Shown piece after piece: positions 28,241-35,174 of a DNA stretch of 38,981 nucleotides. The notes below the pieces were generated by a model. The model was given only the letters and a program-made list of their open reading frames with translations, ran no database searches and was not told where the DNA came from. How positions within the stretch are numbered: position 1 is the stretch's first letter; the number at the start of each line of letters is the position of its first letter. The stretch lies in the sequence record DRR723986_3469, one strand, 5' to 3'. Both the position numbers and the translations under genes were made by a program.

Positions 28241-29326
28241 ATGCCCTCTTTCGAATCTCAAATCATCGGCTGCCTTGTCGGCACGGCCATAGGCGACGCA
28301 ATCGGTCTGCCCTACGAAGGTCTCTCCCCCACGCGAGCGGCAAAGCTACTGGGGCCCCCAGATCGTCACCGCTTCATTTTCGGTCGAGGCATGGTTTCTG
28401 ACGATACCGAACACACCTGCATGATCGCCCAATCATTGATCGATGCAGGACAAGACAGCGAACAGTTTCAGATCAATTTTGCCCGACGGCTGCAATGGTG
28501 GTTTGTGGGGCTACCAGCAGGAGTTGGAAAAGCAACCGCGATCGCATGCTTGAAGATGTGGATTGGAGTGGGTAGACAGAAAAGTGGAGTGTTCTCGGCG
28601 GGAAATGGCCCGGCGATGCGTTCAGCGATCCTCGGCGTTACCATCGACGAGCCGAGCGTTCTTTACAAACTGGTTCACGCTCATTGCCACCTCACGCACA
28701 CTGATCCGAAGGCCTTTCAAGCCGCTCTCGTGGTTGCGTCGGCTGCATCCTACGGCAGTCGCAATACTCGAGTTGATTCGCAGTTATGGTTCAATCAATT
28801 GCGCAAGCTGCTTCCCGGCGATGCTGACGAGATCACAGGTTTGCTTGGCCAGACGATCGCCTCCGTTGCTAGCGAACAATCTACACGCGAGTTCGCCGTC
28901 GAACGTGGCCTTGAGCGGGGCGTTACGGGCTACGCATTCCACACCGTCCCAGTTGCTATCCACGCTTGGCTGAGCCACCCAGACGACTTTCGAACAGCTA
29001 TTTTCAACACGGTCTCTTGCGGCGGGGATGCCGACACGACCGCCGCTATCGTTGGCGGAATCGTCGGCGCTCGTGTTGGCCGGGCTGGTATTCCACAAGA
29101 ATGGGTGCAAGGCATGGCCGATTGGCCAAGAACAATCTCTTGGATCGAAAACCTTGGGACTGAGCTCAGCAATCAAATCCAAGCTGCCAGGCCTGGCAAT
29201 TCACCTCCGCCAAACCCAGCCGCCAATGTGCCTCGACTAAATCCATGTGCTTCGCTGGCAAGAAATTTACTCTTCTTAGCCCAGGTTCTCGTTCACGGTT
29301 TCCGAAGGCTGCTGCCGCCATATTAA
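28241..29326 (+). CDS. ADP-ribosylglycohydrolase family protein (DraG/ARH-like)
   Basis: GTAIGDAIG.P.E; SDDTE; SAGNGPAMR; THTDP; GGDADTTAAIVG. ATG 28241 with GGAG upstream. Confidence 0.95.
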   Translation: MPSFESQIIGCLVGTAIGDAIGLPYEGLSPTRAAKLLGPPDRHRFIFGRGMVSDDTEHTCMIAQSLIDAGQDSEQFQINFARRLQWWFVGLPAGVGKATAIACLKMWIGVGRQKSGVFSAGNGPAMRSAILGVTIDEPSVLYKLVHAHCHLTHTDPKAFQAALVVASAASYGSRNTRVDSQLWFNQLRKLLPGDADEITGLLGQTIASVASEQSTREFAVERGLERGVTGYAFHTVPVAIHAWLSHPDDFRTAIFNTVSCGGDADTTAAIVGGIVGARVGRAGIPQEWVQGMADWPRTISWIENLGTELSNQIQAARPGNSPPPNPAANVPRLNPCASLARNLLFLAQVLVHGFRRLLPPY

Positions 29327-29384
29327 CTCAGTCCAGCCGCAAACAACCCGATGCTTCTTCGACCTGGTGTACGTCAGCAGCCCA

Positions 29385-29945
29385 TCATGTGGTGGCAGAG
29401 CTCGCTACATCGTTAGAGCCGGTTGTTGAACTTAGGCTGGGCTTTACGATCGCGGCAATGATCGCTCCAGCAATCAACCAAGACAGGGCGTCGTAAGCGA
29501 AGTGGAATAGTGCCCAGCCCAGTGGATACCGCCACCAAATCATGTTTCCAAAATCTGCCCAGACGGCAATGATCAGCCCAAGGAAGAAAACAAAGCCAAG
29601 TCTTTGGGTGTAAGCAGGCAGCTTGTACAGCGATACGAAAGTGGCAACGAGCAGTGCGGTCACCAGCATGTGGCCGAACCCCATCCCCATCATTTGGCCC
29701 ATCTGCGGCATATCGGTACAAAAGTAGAGAATTGCCATCGGCCCCTCTGACTCGCCGGGTTCGACGGCTGGATCAGGATAGAAATAGACCGACGATTCAT
29801 CCAGCGTTTGACTCATCGCTGCGACCAGTGTCTCATCCTCAATGACACTGGCTGGCCGCACGATCGGCATCAGGATGCCCCACCACAGGAAACCAAAGAA
29901 GAACAGCGCCAATGCAGAAACAACGCTGGCCACAACAACTCGCAT
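29385..29945 (-). CDS. Hypothetical membrane protein (4 TM helices)
   Basis: 186-aa ATG ORF with four hydrophobic helices and a loop motif VYFYP. Confidence 0.82.
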   Translation of the reverse strand: MRVVVASVVSALALFFFGFLWWGILMPIVRPASVIEDETLVAAMSQTLDESSVYFYPDPAVEPGESEGPMAILYFCTDMPQMGQMMGMGFGHMLVTALLVATFVSLYKLPAYTQRLGFVFFLGLIIAVWADFGNMIWWRYPLGWALFHFAYDALSWLIAGAIIAAIVKPSLSSTTGSNDVASSATT

Positions 29946-30110
29946 GATTCAATACCCTAAAAGTCGATTCCGGTGATTTGCGGCGTATTGTAACAACACT
30001 CTCACCGCTGTGTAAGCAAACGAAAGAGCGGGCAGAGTCGTCGACGTCACCGACGGCAGAGTTGAAGGTTCGCGATAGCCGGATTGCTTCAAGGGGCTTC
30101 GAGCGGTCTC

Positions 30111-31514
30111 TTAACACTCGCTGATGTTGACTGCCAAGCCGCCTTGAGAGGTTTCTTTGTAGCGAGCTGACATATCAGCGCCGGTCCGTTTCATGACGCG
30201 AATCACGCGATCTAGTGAAACACAGTGTTGTCCGTCTCCACGAAGTGCCAGCCTGCTTGCGTTGATCGCCTTCACCGCTCCCATCGCATTGCGTTCGATA
30301 CAGGGAACTTGAACGAGCCCCTTGATGGGATCGCAGGTTAAGCCCAAATTGTGCTCCATTCCAATTTCCGCAGCCTCTTCGACCTGCTGCGGCGAACCGC
30401 CCAGAACTTCAGTCAGCGCCCCCGCGGCCATCGAGCAAGCCACGCCGACTTCGCCCTGACAACCAACCTCAGCACCGGAGATGGACGCATTCTGCTTGTA
30501 GAGCGAACCTATCACCGCGGCGGTCAGTAGAAAGTTCCGAACGTCGTTGGAGGTTACGTCACGACGAAAGCGAATCAAGTAGTGCAGGACCGCTGGCACG
30601 ATTCCTGCCGCTCCATTTGTGGGAGCCGTGACCACGCGTCCTCCTGCGGCGTTTTCCTCGTTCACAGCAAGCGCGAACAAGTCTACCCAATCTAGAATGC
30701 ACATCGGATCATTGTGGACACCGTCTTTTTGAGTGGACAATTTTTGAAACAACTCCGGTGCCCGCCGTCTCACATTTAATCCACCAGGCAGGATTCCCTC
30801 CGTTTCGCAACCACACCGAACACACTCTTGCATTGCATCCCAGATTCGATCCAGGCCTCGGTCAATTTCGTCATCGCTCCGGAACGCTCTTTCATTTTCT
30901 CGAGCCAGGTTGCTAAACGAACACTTTTGAGCAGAGGCTAGGCTCAACAGCTCCTGAGCACTGTGAAACGGGAAAGGCACCTGGACATTCTTTTCCGACG
31001 CACCCGTCTGTTCGCCTTCTCGAACGATGAAGCCGCCACCTATCGAGTAATAGGTTTGCGTGAGCAGAAGGTCGTTGTCACTGTCGGACGCGCGAATGGT
31101 CAGAGCGTTCGGATGCCCTTCCAAGAACTTGCGACGGTTAAAGATCAGGTGCTCGCACTCGCGAAACACAACAGCCTTGGCCCCGCCCAGTTTCAGTTCC
31201 TCAAGCTCTCGAATTGTTGCCAGTCGGTCACCAATTGTGGCCGTATCGATCGTATCCGGCTGCTCGCCCGTTAGCCCCATTAAAACCGCTGCGTCGGTCA
31301 TGTGGCCCTTGCCAGTCAAAGCCAACGAACCAAATAGCTCGACCTGGACTGTCGAAACGGAATCGAGAATCGACTGCCCCTTCAACTCCGCTACGAATTC
31401 AGCGGCAGCTCGCATTGGTCCAACCGAATGAGAGCTAGACGGACCAATTCCAATCTTGAAAAGATCGAAAACTCCAAAGTACTTCGTGCCCGCAGGCTTC
31501 TTGTCGGTCGACAT
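30111..31514 (-). CDS. sdaA: L-serine ammonia-lyase, single-chain Fe-S type
   Basis: [47 protein letters not shown]; cluster cysteines in GCQGE, LTCDP, PCIERN. Confidence 0.97.
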   Translation of the reverse strand: MSTDKKPAGTKYFGVFDLFKIGIGPSSSHSVGPMRAAAEFVAELKGQSILDSVSTVQVELFGSLALTGKGHMTDAAVLMGLTGEQPDTIDTATIGDRLATIRELEELKLGGAKAVVFRECEHLIFNRRKFLEGHPNALTIRASDSDNDLLLTQTYYSIGGGFIVREGEQTGASEKNVQVPFPFHSAQELLSLASAQKCSFSNLARENERAFRSDDEIDRGLDRIWDAMQECVRCGCETEGILPGGLNVRRRAPELFQKLSTQKDGVHNDPMCILDWVDLFALAVNEENAAGGRVVTAPTNGAAGIVPAVLHYLIRFRRDVTSNDVRNFLLTAAVIGSLYKQNASISGAEVGCQGEVGVACSMAAGALTEVLGGSPQQVEEAAEIGMEHNLGLTCDPIKGLVQVPCIERNAMGAVKAINASRLALRGDGQHCVSLDRVIRVMKRTGADMSARYKETSQGGLAVNISEC

Positions 31515-31646
31515 CAAGGGAGCTTTCAGCAGAGCGGGGTTAACTTGGCCAGCAATGCCTACAGTGTAGTATGGCTCCGAGAATTGGTACCGCTGTTCGC
31601 GATGAATTGCGATGAATCAATCACATGGTCAGATTAGAAACCACGG

Positions 31647-32894
31647 TCACCGAACCAGCTCGCCGGCCGCCTTTCGTTCTTTGAAGACTGGGTGCAGTCG
31701 ATGAGTCCAATCGGGAAAGAAGCGTCCGATCTTCGATGTTGCTTCAGCGCTCTTGCTCCCCCCCGGCAGCAAGGCATCCTCGCCAAGCCTTCTCAAACTG
31801 CGGTCGGTGAAAGCGTCCATCAACGCTACTAAATCTTTAACCTGCTGCTCGTTCAGCTTCAAATCTCCCAGATCATCTCGATTCACGGTCTCTGGAAAAT
31901 CCGTTTTTTTCCAACGGTGCGATTCGACGTCGCGCTTGTTGTAAAAATCCATGACTTCCCGAAGCGTGGCGAGGCTGCCATTGTGCATGTATGGCGCGGT
32001 TAGTGCCACGTTCCGAAGTGACGGAGCGCGGAACTTCCCGCGGTCTTTAGAATCACCAGTCTGTCGTGCCAACCCTGGATCTCGCTCGCCAACCATGGGA
32101 ACTCCCAGATTGTCGTAGGCAAAATCGCTAAGCAACGGTCGCTTCCAATTCGTTGGTGTTAAAAGGTGACAAGATGCACAATTACCTGCACCTTCGAACA
32201 CTTCAAGTCCACGAAGCTGTTGTGGTGTGAGGGATTGCTTGTCGCCGGACAAGTAATCATCCATCGGAGAGTCAAAAGGACGAAACAGCGGTTCCTTCAA
32301 GAACTCAACCAGACTTCGATAGGCAATATACGCTACGTGACGAGAGTCATCCCAAAACGCTTCGCCGACCATTTGCTCGAGTTCCGCGGCATAGCTGGAT
32401 TGGCGTAAACGTTCGGCTAACTCTGATTCGCCGCTTAGGTTCATTTCATTGTCATCGAAGAACGGTTGCTGCACTTGATCGAACAAGTCGCGAGCGCGAC
32501 CATCGTGGAACAAGCCGCCTTCCCAATTGAAAATCTCTGTGCGATCGGGCAACAGGACATCTTCGTAAGCGAATCCAGGGATCAACGCCGCGTACATCAG
32601 TGACGGGGAATTTCGCGTGCCCATTCGCCCTTTGACGGCACCTTGAGAAACTCTTCGACCGTCGGTGAACGCAAACTTCGCATGGTGACACGATGAGCAA
32701 GACTGGCCAGCGGGCCGAGAAAGCGAGGTGTCAAAGAATATCCGTTCGCCGATCTGCGCGAGACCGACTACGCCGTCTTGCTTCTTTCCAATGCCGTTAG
32801 AAACGGATTGAGCGAAACCGCAGCGAATTGCTGGCGAAACGGCAACGGCGATGAGGAATACGAAGTGGATCGAATGTAGTTTGATCGCGCGGAT
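31647..32894 (-). CDS. Di-heme cytochrome c peroxidase / MauG family protein (start uncertain, probably ATC 32894)
   Basis: The frame stays open upstream of the listed ATG 32624 to a TAG at 32928-32930. The extension adds a signal-like segment and GERIFFDTSLS..GQSCSSCH (heme 1, 32685-32699). Heme 2 is CASCH; also RNSPSL and FRAPSLRNVALTAPYMHNG. Confidence 0.88.
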   Translation of the reverse strand: MRAIKLHSIHFVFLIAVAVSPAIRCGFAQSVSNGIGKKQDGVVGLAQIGERIFFDTSLSRPAGQSCSSCHHAKFAFTDGRRVSQGAVKGRMGTRNSPSLMYAALIPGFAYEDVLLPDRTEIFNWEGGLFHDGRARDLFDQVQQPFFDDNEMNLSGESELAERLRQSSYAAELEQMVGEAFWDDSRHVAYIAYRSLVEFLKEPLFRPFDSPMDDYLSGDKQSLTPQQLRGLEVFEGAGNCASCHLLTPTNWKRPLLSDFAYDNLGVPMVGERDPGLARQTGDSKDRGKFRAPSLRNVALTAPYMHNGSLATLREVMDFYNKRDVESHRWKKTDFPETVNRDDLGDLKLNEQQVKDLVALMDAFTDRSLRRLGEDALLPGGSKSAEATSKIGRFFPDWTHRLHPVFKERKAAGELVR

Positions 32895-33006
32895 GAATTT
32901 TCTCCGAACTTGGCGGCGTGCTAAGAGCTACTGCCAGAAACGCCGCGAACCCTGCAGCTTGACCTTCTGGGATAGTCTTACATCTCAAGTTTAAAGGATG
33001 CAAGAT

Positions 33007-33183
33007 ATGCTCGGCTTCTTTCGCAAATCCGGCAACGACCCCAAGGCACTCGAAAAGCGCTATCAGAAGTTGATGGACGAGTCCTACAAGCTATCCCACT
33101 CCGATCGCAAGGCCAGCGATGCAAAGCGGGCTGAGGCTGAGGAAGTGCTAAAACAAATGGAAGCACTCGAGAAGAACGGGTAG
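33007..33183 (+). CDS. Small helical protein, Lacal_2735/DUF6435-like
   Basis: MLGFFRK...LEKRYQKLMDESYKLSHSDRKASDAKRAEAEEVLKQMEAL matches the remembered family pattern; start at 33007 or 32998. Confidence 0.8.
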   Translation: MLGFFRKSGNDPKALEKRYQKLMDESYKLSHSDRKASDAKRAEAEEVLKQMEALEKNG

Positions 33184-33255
33184 TCAATTTCTCCCTCGGC
33201 CCAACGCGACGATGGTGCGCTGGAGGATTTCTGAAGATTGTCGACCGAGGGGTCC

Positions 33256-34929
33256 CTAGTAGACTTCGATGCTCTTGATTGCGGCCGATCCTTGACGACG
33301 CGCGGCTGTGAAGCAGCGCTGGGCCGCTTCCACCAATTGCACCGCCTCAAATGTTGTGCTCGGACATACAACCGTTCCAATCCCAGCATAAAATCTGGCT
33401 GGCAGTTCAGCCTCAGCCAGACCATAAGCCGATTCCTGCACAGTTGCCCCGATGGTGCGCATGATCTCTTGACGCAGTATATCCGACGCATCGTTGCGTT
33501 CAAGGTCGGGAAGAGCTACAAGGAACTCCCCGTCTGCGGTGACAAAGCAAAGCACCTTCTCCAAGTCCGGACATTCGTTGAGGGCGACAATTAGAGCGTC
33601 CTGCCAGTCTTGCAGACCAGTGCTACTCTCTGCAGCCGAACTTTGCTGCTCTGGTTGAATGACGACTGTAGCCAACGAAAGGCTGCTCTGACTGCTTCGA
33701 ACCGATGCGATCAGGCGTTGAATTGCTCCAACAAACACTGGATCATTGTGCGACATGACCTGAGCTACAGGCAATCGCCGACGCGACTCTTCACTCGGTT
33801 GTTCTTTCACCAGCGAATCCGACTCCGGTGCAGCAGTGTCCTTTGCTTGAACTGAAAAGGCCCCGACGTTTTGACCGCCGGACAATAGTTCTCCTGGGAC
33901 TCCTCCCGTTGATGAATCGCGAGACGACATATCGGTCGATCCATCTGCGGTGTGGTCCGCTTCGTGATTCAAATCGTGAGCTGCCGGTTTGTGCGTGGTT
34001 GAATCTGCGATGGTGGGATCTTGCGTTGCCTGCCCAAGTCCATCGGCTTTCGATTCGGCAATATGTTCCGCTGGACGAGAGTCGGTTCGATCGACTCTTG
34101 TGAGTTCGACTCGCAATCGTCGCCACCAGTCACCAGCCTTCTCCCAATTGATGGGCGAATCAGCCCATTCCCGGGGCAAAAGCATATTGTCTTTCGCAGA
34201 CGTCACTTCACCGGCCAATCGCCAGAGCTGTTCTGGCGCAGCCCAAGGTTCCGGAGCATGCTCAAACGAGGCTACGTCCAATCCCGCCAACCAATCTCGT
34301 TCCTCGTGGTCGTAGGATTCAACAAGCGGTAAACGCACGACGCAGTCTTTCGCGATCTCTGCCGTCGTCGCGCAACTAATCTGTAGAGCATCGTTGGTCA
34401 AAGCCCACGGCGAGTCTTGATCGGAGGATCGATTTCGAAACCGTCGCTCAAAGTCCGAGCCAAAGAGATCAGCGATCGAAAGAATCACAATCGCTTCGCC
34501 CAATCTATCCTTGGCTTGGTTCATGCAAGCTCGAAACGACTTACCCGAATCAATCCTCAACAATGGCAAGAAGCTTGCCAGTAGGATTTTGGCGCGCGCG
34601 TCAGCATCCAACGAAGAATGCTTCATGATGAAATCGCCCGCGGCAGCCAGCCACAATGAAGCGTGTTTCCGAACTGCGGTGTCGCCAGGTGCCACGCGAA
34701 TCGGTATGGCTTCGTCGATGACTCCGGCGGCCAAAGTAGGCACAGACTGAGGGCGACCAGTTTCTGCTGAATCGCGAATCCATTTCAGAATTGTCCGAGC
34801 TTCAGCAATTCGCGTCACTTGAATCGCAAGTGCAACTTCGGCAGCGAGCAACGGGGAGTCGCTATGGACCGATCCCGGGAGTGTGTCGATTTCTCCAGTC
34901 TGAAGTTCTGAGCTTGCTGCCTGCAACAT
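33256..34929 (-). CDS. Hypothetical signalling protein with a degenerate GGDEF-like C-terminal domain
   Basis: 557 aa; C-terminus SLSLATVVI...ADGEFLVALP...AGIG...LVEAAQRCFTAARRQG follows the nucleotide-cyclase fold pattern without GG(D/E)EF. Confidence 0.7.
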   Translation of the reverse strand: MLQAASSELQTGEIDTLPGSVHSDSPLLAAEVALAIQVTRIAEARTILKWIRDSAETGRPQSVPTLAAGVIDEAIPIRVAPGDTAVRKHASLWLAAAGDFIMKHSSLDADARAKILLASFLPLLRIDSGKSFRACMNQAKDRLGEAIVILSIADLFGSDFERRFRNRSSDQDSPWALTNDALQISCATTAEIAKDCVVRLPLVESYDHEERDWLAGLDVASFEHAPEPWAAPEQLWRLAGEVTSAKDNMLLPREWADSPINWEKAGDWWRRLRVELTRVDRTDSRPAEHIAESKADGLGQATQDPTIADSTTHKPAAHDLNHEADHTADGSTDMSSRDSSTGGVPGELLSGGQNVGAFSVQAKDTAAPESDSLVKEQPSEESRRRLPVAQVMSHNDPVFVGAIQRLIASVRSSQSSLSLATVVIQPEQQSSAAESSTGLQDWQDALIVALNECPDLEKVLCFVTADGEFLVALPDLERNDASDILRQEIMRTIGATVQESAYGLAEAELPARFYAGIGTVVCPSTTFEAVQLVEAAQRCFTAARRQGSAAIKSIEVY

Positions 34930-35073
34930 GGTTATACCGTCTGTATCGCTTGTCCTGCCCTATCGCCGCTCGTAGAAAGTGCGGGTATAGAATACTAGGT
35001 CGCCTTTCGCAGCGCCGTCGTCAGAAAAGCAGTTTCGGACGTCTCAACGCGGAATCGCAGAACTGTGAGCACG

Positions 35074-35107
35074 AAAAAAACCCTCGTCGAATCAATCGAC
35101 AAGGGTT
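35074..35107 (-). terminator. Intrinsic terminator after nrdJ
   Basis: Minus strand aacccttgtcga-ttgat-tcgacgagggtt running into a T7 tract; 12-bp stem with one G-U pair; 67 nt after the stop. Confidence 0.85.
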
Positions 35108-35174
35108 CGTGTACTGGGTGTTCTCAACCAGCCGTCAAACTTGCTAAGAACTCTCAGGTGATCGATGCTGAAGC

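Noticed and set aside
32624-32930. Frameshifted or split peroxidase pseudogene
   Set aside because: Both heme motifs lie in one uninterrupted frame; only a canonical start codon is missing (reported as a finding).
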